From positions 1 to 49,580 of the forward strand of contig JACSSA010000095.1 of the NCBI GenBank assembly GCA_014879465.1: a DNA stretch of 49,580 bases, written 5' to 3'. Below, one piece after another: positions 27,157 through 36,590 of the stretch (position 1 is the stretch's first letter; the number at the start of each line of letters is the position of its first letter). This DNA comes from Rhodothermales bacterium (GTDB taxonomy: Bacteria > Bacteroidota > Rhodothermia > Rhodothermales > BA12). The notes under the pieces were generated by a model, which saw nothing but the letters and a program-made list of their open reading frames with translations, searched no databases and was not told where the DNA came from. The position numbers were made by a program, and so were the translations under genes.

Positions 27157-30100
27157 TCATCGGACGATGGCAAGGCGTTCGATAGCCTCGGCGGTTTGGG
27201 CCGTACCGTCGTCGTGGGTAGCAGTCACGCGAACGCGGTAGAGGTATACACCGGGAGATAGCAGAGACCCATCGGCGTCGCGCCCGTCCCACCGAACCGT
27301 TACACGCCGCGACGCCAGCGTGCCGCCGGGCAGCACCTCGTCGGTGTCGAACGCCCGCACGAGGCGTCCAGCGAGCGTGAACACGCGCACATCGGCGGTG
27401 GCGGTGGTTCCGGCGGGGAGGTTGTGTTCGAAGGCGATGCGTGTGGGGCCGGTCGTCGGGTTGGGGAAGTTGGCGACGCGGGCAAGCGCGAGACGTTCGG
27501 CTTCGGCGACGGAAAAGTCGAGGCTTGTCTCGCCGGAGTTGCCTACCGGATCCCATGCCCGCACGGTCAGCTGTCCTGCGCCGTCGGGCAGCTCCGGCAA
27601 CCGGTACACGACCTCGCCGGTCTGGTAGCCTCCGGTGGCGCGGTAGAACGGGGCGAGGTTGACGGCCTTTGTCTGGCCGCCGACGGTGTAGGTGAGCAAC
27701 AGCTCGTGGCCTACGCCAGAGCCCAGGTTGATGCCGCTCTGGTCGGTGAGGCGGACGATCAGCGTGGACGTGCGGCCGATCACGCCGCCGGAGACGAACG
27801 TGGTGTCGCCGAGGTAGGCGCGCAGGCGCGGGCCTTCGTTGTCGGCGATGGGGTTGGGGTTGGAGCCGCCCACACGCACCGTGCTTGTCTCGCCTGCTCC
27901 ATCGGTCTGGTTGCCTTGTACATACGCGGCGATGCGGCCGCGGCGGTTGGCGTAAGCGATGTCGCGGGGGACGACGAACTGCGCGGTGAACCGCCCGCCC
28001 GTCACCGGCACCTCGCCGCGCCACATCCGCTCGGAGACGGTGTAGGTGGGCGAGAGGAAATACTGGCGGTACGGAATGGCCACCTGCCGGTCGGCATCGT
28101 AGGCGGTGACGGTGGCCGTGCCGGAGAACGACGGCAGCGGGTTGCCCCGTGGGTCGCGCACGGAGCCGGTGACCGTCACGAGATCAAGTGCGCGTAGCGG
28201 CACGGCGAGGCTGTCGGCGAGCGAATCGGGAATGGCCGTTACGTCCACGCCGTTCACCGTTTCGATGATCGCTTCCAACGGTGGCAAACCGAAGCGCAGC
28301 GACGGGTCGCCAAGGAGGTTGAACTTGCGCCCGTTGTCCTGGTAGCCAACGGCGTACTGCTTGGTGATCAGGATGGCGTCGCCGAGGCGCGGCGGTAGCC
28401 CGGTGGTTGTGTCGCGGCGGACGAGTTCGAGGTTGAAGCGCCGGTTCAAGCCGGGGTTGAGGTTCGTCGAGTCGCCGGAGGTGTAAACGAGCCGCAGCGT
28501 CGAGAAGGCCGCGATAGCTCCTCCTGCTGAAGCGGTGGTGACGAGTTCGGCGGCGGACTGCCGGTTGTCGATGTCCCACCGCCCAAACGAGCAAGTGGCC
28601 GTCACAAACACGGGGAGCCGGTCGAGGTTGTCGAGCAGGCCAATGTCTTCGCGGGAGAACAGCGTTTCGTCGGCGAGGGCGTTGGGGCTGCCGTGGCCGC
28701 TGTAGTTGAACACCAGCGTGCCGTCGTTGAGCGCGTCAAGGATGGTCTGATGCGCGACCGGCACGGTATAGCGCACGCTGTACTGGCGGGCGTAGTTCAT
28801 CGCGTAGATCTTGCGCAGGTTCAGCTCCGGCGTCTGCGTCTCCACGATGTCACCCACATCGTTGGCGTTCTTGGCGTGCAGGTCGTTGTCGGTGGCGGAG
28901 CCGCTGGAGCCGCGCGGCCCGTCGTCGGCGGCGAGGGTGTACTGCGTGCGCCACGCGCCGTGGCGCTGCGGGTCTTCGTAGGCTTGGATTTTTGCCACAA
29001 CGGCCTCGGCGTCGACGCGGGTCTGGACGTTGAGTCGCCCGATGCCGATGTCCACGCGCTCGGTCACGCCGCTGCTGTACGACCATGTCCCCTCGTTCTC
29101 GTCGAGCAGGCCGAAGTAGTCGTCGGAGGTGTAGGAGGAGAGCGGGCTGAACGTCTCTTCGGTTTCGAAGGGCGGAATCCAGTTGGCCAGAAGCGTCTCG
29201 CCGCTGCTGCCGATGCGGCGGAAGTTGAAGTGGCCGTCGCCGAAGAACAGCGCGTAGCGCAGGCCGCGTGTGCCCGGCGCGGCACGAAGGTAGAGCATGC
29301 GCAGGAAATCGCGGAAGGCGCGCGGATCGGCGATGCCGCCGCCGAACTCGTTGGCGATGGCCTCGGCGGTGGCGACCTCGACGCGCAGCCCTTCGGCGCG
29401 GCGCAGCGCGGCGAGCTGCTCGGCGTAGGCGCGGAACGTGTCGGGCACGACGACGACGAGATCCGGAGGCGTAGCGATACCGTGCAGGTTTTGGGCTGCC
29501 ACGCGCTGGGCCGTGCCGGTAAGCCGCCGTGCGCCCGCGTCCACAAACGCGACGAGTTCGCGTGCGCCGCCGTCGGTTTGCACGCGGTAGCTGCTGCCGA
29601 CGGCTTGGACGGCCAGCCGAACCGGACGCAGCGGGTCGGTCACGTCCCACACGTCGGGGGCAGCGGCAAACCCGGCGAGGGCGTAGGACGCGGCGCTGCC
29701 GTCGGCGAGCGTGGCCCAGCGGAGGTAGCCGCTGGAGGCTGTGAGCGTTTGCGGGTAGAAGGCGCGCAGCCAATCGAACGCCAGCTTGTTGTCGCTCCCC
29801 GCGTAGGTGCCAAAGCGCCCGGTGAGCGCGCCCGTGCCCGACGGCGCGAAGGCAAACGCGGTGATGAGCGGGTTGGCCACTGCGGACTCGGCGCTGGCCG
29901 AGACCGCTCCAAACCCGCTGGCCTCGTGGAAAACGGTGCCGCCTTGCTCGAACCGCACGGTGGCCGCAGGGGAAAAGGCAAGCGTGCGCACGACCGAGCG
30001 GGCCACGACATTGATCGCGCCGCCCGCGTAGCCCGTCAAATCGGACAGGCTCAGAAGGGTGAACGCGCTTCCGGGGTCTTGCGGGACGCTCGTCCACGTC

Positions 30101-31140
30101 AGGCCCGATCCGGCGTCTTTCGACCAGTTGATCACGTCGAAATCACGGACGGCCCGCCCGGTGGCGGTGGTCGCATCGGCCATGGACAGGCCGGGGAAGG
30201 CCGCCTGCGTCAGCGTTGCCGTGGGCGCTTCGCCGATCTTGAGGTAGACGTAGGTCTGCGTCGAATACGGATTGGTGGTGTGCGCCCACGCGCCGCGTTC
30301 GGCGCGCCAGGTGACCGGGCCTTGCAAAAAGAACGTCACACCGTCGGCGTCGGCAAACGAGCCGTCGCCGCCGCCGGCCACCCGCGTCGGCACCTCGATG
30401 AGGTCGGCCTCGCGAGAATCGGCGTTGGCGGCGGGCACAGGGCGTCCACCGTTGTGGAAGACGCGGATGCGGGCCGGGTCGATGCTGGTGGGGGTCAGGC
30501 CCATCGCGCGTAATGCCTGCGCGTCGAGGCGATAGATGCCTTCCTCGGTCACCGGAATCTTGAAGACCGTTCCGTCGGCCAACACGCTTTTCGTGACGGC
30601 GAGGTGCGGAAACGGAACCGCCACGTCCGCGCCTGTGCGCACGCTGGTCGCCCGGCGCGTCGCCGTGCCGTAGCGGACGTTTAGCACCAGCCTCCGGTAG
30701 CGGGTGAGGCGCTGCGTGGCGTCGTCGTAGGTGAGCATCCGGGCCGTGAGGTCGGCCACAGGACGCCCGCGAAACAGGCCCGCCGTGCCAAGACGGGCGG
30801 CAGAACCGGCAAGGCTGACGGCGGCGTCGGGGGCGGCAGACAGCGTGAGGCTTTCGGTTTCGGCGCTCTCCACCGCAAGCGTTGGCGTGGCGAGGCCGGG
30901 CAGGTCGAGCAGGTCGGCAGCCTCCACATCGGCACCCAGCGTCCGGGCCGTCTCGGCGGTGAGGACGCGCACGCGTGCGGCTTCAACGGACGTGGCCAGC
31001 GGCGCGGGCCAGTCTACCGTGACGGCGAGGCGGACGCCTTCGGCGGTGCGTTCCAGCACCTGCACCCGGGCCGTCTGGCCGAGGGCCGACGTGGGTGCGA
31101 GGCACGCAAGCGCAAGCAGAACGTGGATCGTTCGACGCAT
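27157..31140 (-). CDS. porU: Type IX secretion sortase PorU (gingipain/C25 family)
   Basis: KIPVTEEGIYRL, SDDYFGLLD, DIGIGRL, NYSGHGS and TATCSFGRWD catalytic motifs, AWDPVGN, C-terminal NFPNP CTD. Confidence 0.93.
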   Translation of the reverse strand: MRRTIHVLLALACLAPTSALGQTARVQVLERTAEGVRLAVTVDWPAPLATSVEAARVRVLTAETARTLGADVEAADLLDLPGLATPTLAVESAETESLTLSAAPDAAVSLAGSAARLGTAGLFRGRPVADLTARMLTYDDATQRLTRYRRLVLNVRYGTATRRATSVRTGADVAVPFPHLAVTKSVLADGTVFKIPVTEEGIYRLDAQALRAMGLTPTSIDPARIRVFHNGGRPVPAANADSREADLIEVPTRVAGGGDGSFADADGVTFFLQGPVTWRAERGAWAHTTNPYSTQTYVYLKIGEAPTATLTQAAFPGLSMADATTATGRAVRDFDVINWSKDAGSGLTWTSVPQDPGSAFTLLSLSDLTGYAGGAINVVARSVVRTLAFSPAATVRFEQGGTVFHEASGFGAVSASAESAVANPLITAFAFAPSGTGALTGRFGTYAGSDNKLAFDWLRAFYPQTLTASSGYLRWATLADGSAASYALAGFAAAPDVWDVTDPLRPVRLAVQAVGSSYRVQTDGGARELVAFVDAGARRLTGTAQRVAAQNLHGIATPPDLVVVVPDTFRAYAEQLAALRRAEGLRVEVATAEAIANEFGGGIADPRAFRDFLRMLYLRAAPGTRGLRYALFFGDGHFNFRRIGSSGETLLANWIPPFETEETFSPLSSYTSDDYFGLLDENEGTWSYSSGVTERVDIGIGRLNVQTRVDAEAVVAKIQAYEDPQRHGAWRTQYTLAADDGPRGSSGSATDNDLHAKNANDVGDIVETQTPELNLRKIYAMNYARQYSVRYTVPVAHQTILDALNDGTLVFNYSGHGSPNALADETLFSREDIGLLDNLDRLPVFVTATCSFGRWDIDNRQSAAELVTTASAGGAIAAFSTLRLVYTSGDSTNLNPGLNRRFNLELVRRDTTTGLPPRLGDAILITKQYAVGYQDNGRKFNLLGDPSLRFGLPPLEAIIETVNGVDVTAIPDSLADSLAVPLRALDLVTVTGSVRDPRGNPLPSFSGTATVTAYDADRQVAIPYRQYFLSPTYTVSERMWRGEVPVTGGRFTAQFVVPRDIAYANRRGRIAAYVQGNQTDGAGETSTVRVGGSNPNPIADNEGPRLRAYLGDTTFVSGGVIGRTSTLIVRLTDQSGINLGSGVGHELLLTYTVGGQTKAVNLAPFYRATGGYQTGEVVYRLPELPDGAGQLTVRAWDPVGNSGETSLDFSVAEAERLALARVANFPNPTTGPTRIAFEHNLPAGTTATADVRVFTLAGRLVRAFDTDEVLPGGTLASRRVTVRWDGRDADGSLLSPGVYLYRVRVTATHDDGTAQTAEAIERLAIVR

Positions 31141-31309
31141 CGTTTGGGGCTAACCCCCTGTTTCCGTTAACCGTTGGAAGAAGAGCCGCGAGACGCGGCA
31201 GTGCGGTAACGAGAAGGCGATAGGCGTACGAACAGGCAGAGACGACAGAAACAGGCGGGCAAGCCGTGGTATCGGCAGGATACGTCGCAACGTAACGTTT
31301 GGCTCCCGT

Positions 31310-31996
31310 TTAGGTGCCAAACGGTGGATCAAGCAGCCGCCAGCCGTACCACGCCGCCGCCGAACGGTACGGGCGAAACGCCTCGCCGCGCTCGCGAAGC
31401 TGCTTGGGCGTGAGATCGGGCGCGTCCCACAGCCGGGCGTAAGCAAGGCGCACGGCGTAGTCGTCCACGGGCCACACGTCGGGGCGTCCGAGGGTGAAGA
31501 GCAGCAGCATCTCGACCGTCCACGGCCCGACGCCACGCACCAAGACGAGCCGTCGGATCACGGCCTCGTCGTCGAGCGCGTGCAGGTCGTCCAAGCTCGG
31601 AACCGTCCCCTCCATCGTCTTGCGGGCGAGGTCGTGCACGGCAGCCGTTTTGGCCCGCGACAGGCCGCACGCCCGCAACGCTTCTTCCGGCTGGTTGAGC
31701 AGGGCAGCCGGGTCGGACGCGCCGCCTTCGGGGGTGCCGAGTGCCGCCAGCACGCGCCCGTGGATGGTGGCGGCGGCTTTGCCGTTGAGTTGTTGGTAGC
31801 AAATGGCCCGCAGCAGCGCATCGAAGGGCGTGCCGCCGCGGGGGACGTACGACGGCGGCCCCACGGCCTCTACGATGGGCACGAGGCGCGGCTCCACGGT
31901 CACGAGATGGCGGGCGGCGGCGGCAGGGTCGTAGCCGAGCGGCACGGCTCCCGCGCCCAAGGTCGCCGAGCGTTCGGGCATCGGGGCGTCAGGCAT
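31310..31996 (-). CDS. alkA: DNA-3-methyladenine glycosylase II (AlkA family)
   Basis: AICYQQLNGKAA, GVGPWTVEM, DVWPVDD, PYRSAAAWY. Confidence 0.9.
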   Translation of the reverse strand: MPDAPMPERSATLGAGAVPLGYDPAAAARHLVTVEPRLVPIVEAVGPPSYVPRGGTPFDALLRAICYQQLNGKAAATIHGRVLAALGTPEGGASDPAALLNQPEEALRACGLSRAKTAAVHDLARKTMEGTVPSLDDLHALDDEAVIRRLVLVRGVGPWTVEMLLLFTLGRPDVWPVDDYAVRLAYARLWDAPDLTPKQLRERGEAFRPYRSAAAWYGWRLLDPPFGT

Positions 31997-32225
31997 GGGG
32001 GGCGAGGGTTCCTCGCAGGTCCGAGAGCGCCCGCAGCGCGGCCGCCAGGTCTTGCGACGCCTCAGCAAGGTCGGCGATGGAGGTTTTTACGAGGTCGTCG
32101 AAGTCGTAGGAGGGTGCGACTTCGGCGAGCAGCTGGGCGTTGCCGGCGATCACCGCCAGCGAGCCCCGGGCATCGTGGAGCATCTGGCGAAGACCGGCGT
32201 CCAGTCGGTCAAAACGGTCGTCCAT
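31989..32225 (-). CDS. Stand-alone HisKA (DHp)-like protein, 78 aa
   Basis: LHDARGSLAVIAGNAQLL H-box-like helix plus a second helix; no ATPase domain; overlaps the alkA start. Confidence 0.65.
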   Translation of the reverse strand: MDDRFDRLDAGLRQMLHDARGSLAVIAGNAQLLAEVAPSYDFDDLVKTSIADLAEASQDLAAALRALSDLRGTLAPHA

Positions 32226-32248
32226 CGCGGTCGGAGAGAATGAGAGAG

Positions 32249-33091
32249 CTACCGTCCGAGTGGAGCGGTTTCGGTGGCAACGAGGCCTCGGTCGGTGCGG
32301 GCTACGCGGGCGGTTTCGGCGGCGGAGTCGTGGCCGAAGAAGAGTGTCCAGCCGGAACGCTCGGCCTCGTCGAGGAACGCAGCCTTCTCGTCCATCGTCA
32401 CGAGCGGACGCACGTCGTAGCCCATCGTCCACGCCGGGGCAAGGTGGTGCTGGGTGGGCAGCAGGTCGGCGACGTAGGCGACGGTGCCGAGGCGCTCGCC
32501 GCCGTCGACGAGCAGGATTTGTTGCGCCTCGGTGTGGCCGTCGAACGTGCGGGCTTCGATGCCGGGAAGGATCTCGCCCGGCCCGTCGTGCAGAACGAGT
32601 TGCCCCGACGCGGCCAGCGGGTCGAGGTTCTCGGCGAAAAACGAGGCGCGCTCGCGGGGGTTCGGATGCGCGGCCCAGTCCCAGTGCCGCCGCTGAACGT
32701 GGTGGCGGGCGTTGGGGAAGGTGAGCGCCAGCCGGTCGCCGTTGCGGGTGGTGCAGCCGCCGACGTGGTCGAAGTGCAGGTGGGTGAGGATCACGTCGGT
32801 CACGTCAGCGGGTGCGAAGCCGGCGGCGCGGAGCGAGCGCTCCAGCGTGGCCGTCTCGTGGTCGATGGCGTAGAGGTCGGCGAAGCGGGCGTCGTACTTG
32901 TGGCCGAGGCCGGTTTCGATGATCACCAGCCGCCCGTCGCCCTCCACGAGCAGGGAGCGCATCGCCATCGGGATGCGGTTGCGGCCGTCTGGGGCGATGC
33001 GGCGTTCCCACAGCGGACGAGGGACGACGCCGAACATGGCGCCGCCGTCGAGGCGGAACGTGCCGGTTTCGAGCGGGCGAAGCGTGTTCAT
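32249..33091 (-). CDS. MBL-fold metallo-hydrolase (YtnP-like)
   Basis: FRLDGGAMFGVVP, THLHFDHVGG, GHT, MGYD. Confidence 0.9.
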   Translation of the reverse strand: MNTLRPLETGTFRLDGGAMFGVVPRPLWERRIAPDGRNRIPMAMRSLLVEGDGRLVIIETGLGHKYDARFADLYAIDHETATLERSLRAAGFAPADVTDVILTHLHFDHVGGCTTRNGDRLALTFPNARHHVQRRHWDWAAHPNPRERASFFAENLDPLAASGQLVLHDGPGEILPGIEARTFDGHTEAQQILLVDGGERLGTVAYVADLLPTQHHLAPAWTMGYDVRPLVTMDEKAAFLDEAERSGWTLFFGHDSAAETARVARTDRGLVATETAPLGR

Positions 33092-33247
33092 CGAGCAGGG
33101 GGAAGGCCGTACCAAAATATTCACCCCGGCAAGGTACGAAGCGGGGGAGTGGGGCGTTTTTGTTCGCCGTACGGGCGGCACAGCGTACACAAACCCTTGG
33201 AAAGCCGTACCTTCGCCGCCTCCATCCATCCCAATCCCTTCCTCTCC

Positions 33248-33760
33248 ATGACGCGCCTTCGTACTTTCGCGCTGCTGCTTGTCGCCCTTGCGTTTGCGCT
33301 CCCGGCGTCGGCCCAGAACGCCGCCCTGTCGGGCACCTACACCCTCAACCAGCAGGCGAGCGACAACGTGAACACGGCCATTGACGCGGCGGTGCGCCCG
33401 ATGAACGCCATCCTCCGCCCCATCGCCCGCGGCCGGCTCCGCTCCACCAACCAGCCGTACCGCCGGGTGGTGATTGCCTCGCAAGGCAGCCAGACCTCGA
33501 TCACGACCGACAGCCGCGCTGCCATCCTCACGCCGTCCAACGGCAACAGCGTCCGCTGGCGTCGCGAAGACGGTGAGACGCTCAACGTCTCGACCTCGTG
33601 GCAGGGCGACCGCCTCGTCCAGACCTTCCGCGCCGACGACGGCACGCGGGTCAATGCGTACCAGATGAACGCCAACGGCACGATGACGATGACCGTCACG
33701 ATCACGTCGGGACGGCTGCCGCGCCCGCTCACCTACCGCCTCGTCTACGACAAGCAGTAA
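33248..33760 (+). CDS. Secreted hypothetical protein (beta-rich)
   Basis: Signal peptide ending ASA; LSGTYTLN...SD and C-terminal YRLVYDK; strong host codon bias. Confidence 0.75.
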   Translation: MTRLRTFALLLVALAFALPASAQNAALSGTYTLNQQASDNVNTAIDAAVRPMNAILRPIARGRLRSTNQPYRRVVIASQGSQTSITTDSRAAILTPSNGNSVRWRREDGETLNVSTSWQGDRLVQTFRADDGTRVNAYQMNANGTMTMTVTITSGRLPRPLTYRLVYDKQ

Positions 33761-33780
33761 CCGGCCCATCGGGCTCTTTC

Positions 33781-33821
33781 GCGGGCACGCTCGGATTCGT
33801 CCGGGCGTGCCCGTTTGCGTT
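33781..33821 (+). terminator. Intrinsic terminator
   Basis: GCGGGCACGCTCGGA-TTCG-TCCGGGCGTGCCCGT followed by TTGCGTT. Confidence 0.7.
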
Positions 33822-33880
33822 CGGAGCGCTGGGAACAGGACGCCCGGTGGCGGTTCTACCGATGCCGCCTCGTTGCACCT

Positions 33881-34624
33881 ATGCCGCCGCTTTCGCAGAC
33901 CTTCGCCGTGCGCCACATCGAGTCGGGGGTGAACGGACGGCTCACCGCTCCGGCGTTCCTCGACCTCTTCCAAGAGATCGCGGGCAACGACGCCGACCGG
34001 CTTGGTTTCTCGCTCGACGCGCTCGCTCAGCGCCGCCTCACCTGGATGCTGCTGCGGCTGTTCGTCCGCTTCGACGCGCCGCTTCCTCGGCTCGGCGATG
34101 CGCTCACGCTCACGACGTGGCCGTCGGGCCACAACGGCCTCTCGGCTTGGCGCGACGCCGTCGCGGTGGACACCGACGGTCAGGCGCTGGCACGGGTGAC
34201 GACGCAGTGGGTGATCGTGGACCTCGACCGCCGCCGTCCCACGCGCCTTCCCGACGACCTCTACGGTTTCGAGCGCCCCGACCTCGGACGGCTCGACCTG
34301 GCCGACACGCCGCCTACGGCTCCGGAGACCGCGACCGACGCGGCGCAGGTGTTCGTGCGGCGCTCCGACCTCGACGCCAACCGCCACGCCAACAACGCCC
34401 GCTACGTCGAATGGGCGCTGGAGCCGCTCGCCAACGGCTTCCTCGACGCGCATCGCCTCGCCACGCTCGACGTGCTGTGGAAGGCCGAGGCCTTCCGTGG
34501 CGACCGCCTCGAGGCCATTGCCGGCCCCGACGCCTCCGGAGAGCCGCTGGCGTTTGCGCACGCTGTCGCCCACGCCGGCGGCCGCACCTCGGCGCTGGTG
34601 CGTACCCGCTGGCACACGGTCTAA
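33881..34624 (+). CDS. Acyl-ACP thioesterase (FatA/FatB-like)
   Basis: FQEIAG, LTTWP, WVIVDL..RRP, RRSDLDANRHANNARYVEW. Confidence 0.88.
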   Translation: MPPLSQTFAVRHIESGVNGRLTAPAFLDLFQEIAGNDADRLGFSLDALAQRRLTWMLLRLFVRFDAPLPRLGDALTLTTWPSGHNGLSAWRDAVAVDTDGQALARVTTQWVIVDLDRRRPTRLPDDLYGFERPDLGRLDLADTPPTAPETATDAAQVFVRRSDLDANRHANNARYVEWALEPLANGFLDAHRLATLDVLWKAEAFRGDRLEAIAGPDASGEPLAFAHAVAHAGGRTSALVRTRWHTV

Positions 34625-35208
34625 TGGGCGTTCAATCGCTCATTCAGCCGGTCGCGCACGGCGGGCCACTCGTCTTTCAAGATGGAGAAGTAGACGGTGT
34701 CGCGCAGGAAGCCGGTGTGGGTGCGGGTGTGGCGGCGGAGCGTGCCTTCTTCGACGGCTCCGAGCGCCGCGATGGCCGTGCGGGAGGGCACGTTTCGGGC
34801 ATCGGTTTTGATCTCGACGCGTTCGAGTCCGAGCGTGTCGAAGGCGTGGGCGAGCATCAAGCGCTTGGCCTCGCGGTTGACGCCGGTGCGCTGGTGGTCG
34901 CGCCCGACGAACGTCCATCCGATCTCGGCCCGTCCGTCGGGGATCGACACGTTGGCGAAGCGGGTCGAACCGATCACCGTGCCGTCGGGCAAACAGGTGG
35001 CGAACACGAGTGCCCTTCCGGCGGCCTCGTCGGCGCGGGCGAGCGCCATCCACGCGGCAAAGCCTTCGGACGTGTCGGCGGGGCGCGGGACGAACGTCCA
35101 CAACTCCGGGTCGGCTGCGGCGGCTTCGAGCGCGGCGAGGTGGCGGTCTGCGAGCGGTTCAAGCCGCACGAGTCGGCCGACGAGCGTAACGGGCGGGAAA
35201 GCGGGCAT
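34621..35208 (-). CDS. GNAT N-acetyltransferase (RimJ/RimL-like)
   Basis: LVRLEPL, AEIGWTF, RVEIKTDARN, EGTLR, RDTVYFSILKDEWP. Confidence 0.9.
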   Translation of the reverse strand: MPAFPPVTLVGRLVRLEPLADRHLAALEAAAADPELWTFVPRPADTSEGFAAWMALARADEAAGRALVFATCLPDGTVIGSTRFANVSIPDGRAEIGWTFVGRDHQRTGVNREAKRLMLAHAFDTLGLERVEIKTDARNVPSRTAIAALGAVEEGTLRRHTRTHTGFLRDTVYFSILKDEWPAVRDRLNERLNAH

Positions 35209-35230
35209 CGAAAAGGTGTAACGACATTGA

Positions 35231-35246
35231 TGTCAATGCATTGACA
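35231..35246. promoter_or_regulatory. Perfect 16-bp palindrome, candidate operator
   Basis: TGTCAATGCATTGACA, 22 bp upstream of the GNAT start. Confidence 0.45.
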
Positions 35247-35263
35247 AGATTCGATTTGGCCGC

Positions 35264-36457
35264 TTACAAATGGGCCGCAGCGGCGCATTTGAGGCGCATC
35301 GGGTCGAAGAGGTCGGCGTCGGCGGGGCTGGCCACGCCGCTGGCGAACTCGGCGAGCATCTGTCCCACCCGGAAGCCGTAAGCGAGGCCGTGGCCGGTGA
35401 ACCCGGCGGCGAAGTAGGCCCCCGGCAGGTCGGGGATCGGCCCCACGCTCGGCAGGCCGTCGGGCGAGAAGCCCATCGTGCCGCTCCACCGCCGCGTCAC
35501 GGCGAGGCCCTCGGCCTGCGGAAAGTGCTGGGCGAGGTAGGCGTGCAGGTCGCGCTGCAGCGCCTCGGTGACGGCGTCGTCGTAGCCGACTTCCGCCTCG
35601 GCGTGCCGGTGCCGTGCCCCGCCGAGCAGCAGTTCGCCGGTGGCTTTTTGACGCAGGTAGAAGTAGCCGTCGTGCGAATACACCGGCGCGGGGAGCCAAC
35701 ACGGACGCATCGGCTCGGTGGCGAGCATCTGCGCCCGCACGGGCCGGACGTAGGCAGAGAGCGCGGGCACGAGCTGCGGCGCGTAGGCGTTGGCCGCGAG
35801 CACGAGCGCGGCGGTGCGCACCCGGCGGCGCGGCGTTTCCAGCAGGAATCCGCCCGGTTGGGGCGCGATGTGCAGCACCGGGTGCTGCTCCTCAAGTGCT
35901 GCGCCGCTGGCTTCGGCGAGTGCTCGCACGAGCCGCACCGGGTCGAGCATGCCGCCGGTGGGTACGAGCAGGCCGCCGTAAAACCCCTTCGAAGATGTAC
36001 GCTGGGCAACATCGCCGGGGGGCAAGTAGGAGCTGGGCAGGCCTGCCTCGTACATCAGGCGGGCGGAGCGGCGGAGGCGGTCGTCTTCCTCGGGCGTGGC
36101 CGCAAGCGTGAGGCTTCCGGATGCCTCGAAGTCGAACCGTTCGGGTGGAATCGCCTCCAACAGCCCGTCGCGTGAGGCGCGGGTGACGGCCCAGAGCCGC
36201 CGCGCCCGCTCGTCGCCGTATCGCTCGACGTCGGTGGCGAAGTCGCTCGTAACGCCTTGCAGCACGAACCCGGCGTTGCGTCCGGTGGCTCCAGAGGCGA
36301 GCAGGCCGCGCTCAAACAGCGCCACGCGCAGAGCGGGGTGCTGTCGCCGGAGCCAGTACGCGGTGCTTGCGCCGACCACCCCGCCGCCTACGATGGCCAC
36401 GTCGCAGAAGCCGTCGGCGTCGCGGTGGTCGGATTGCCAGAACGAGAGCGTGGACAT
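35264..36457 (-). CDS. FAD-dependent oxidoreductase (DAO/PuuB-like)
   Basis: DVAIVGGGVVG, GATGRNAG, WSGTMGFSPDGLP, GFTGHG. Confidence 0.9.
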   Translation of the reverse strand: MSTLSFWQSDHRDADGFCDVAIVGGGVVGASTAYWLRRQHPALRVALFERGLLASGATGRNAGFVLQGVTSDFATDVERYGDERARRLWAVTRASRDGLLEAIPPERFDFEASGSLTLAATPEEDDRLRRSARLMYEAGLPSSYLPPGDVAQRTSSKGFYGGLLVPTGGMLDPVRLVRALAEASGAALEEQHPVLHIAPQPGGFLLETPRRRVRTAALVLAANAYAPQLVPALSAYVRPVRAQMLATEPMRPCWLPAPVYSHDGYFYLRQKATGELLLGGARHRHAEAEVGYDDAVTEALQRDLHAYLAQHFPQAEGLAVTRRWSGTMGFSPDGLPSVGPIPDLPGAYFAAGFTGHGLAYGFRVGQMLAEFASGVASPADADLFDPMRLKCAAAAHL

Positions 36458-36469
36458 CGGGGGAGAGAG

Positions 36470-36590
36470 GTTACGGGTTGCTGGCTTCTGGCTACGGGCT
36501 TTTGGCTGTATGCTGGAGGTCTTGGGGGTCTGGCGTACAGCCTATGGTGTCTCTTCAGCGTCGTCGTTCGAACCTCGTCGCTCGCCGTTC
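36470..36590. repeat. Degenerate heptamer tandem repeats
   Basis: GTTACGG GTTGCTG GCTTCTG GCTACGG GCTTTTG and TCGTCGT TCGAACC TCGTCGC TCGCCGT. Confidence 0.45.
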
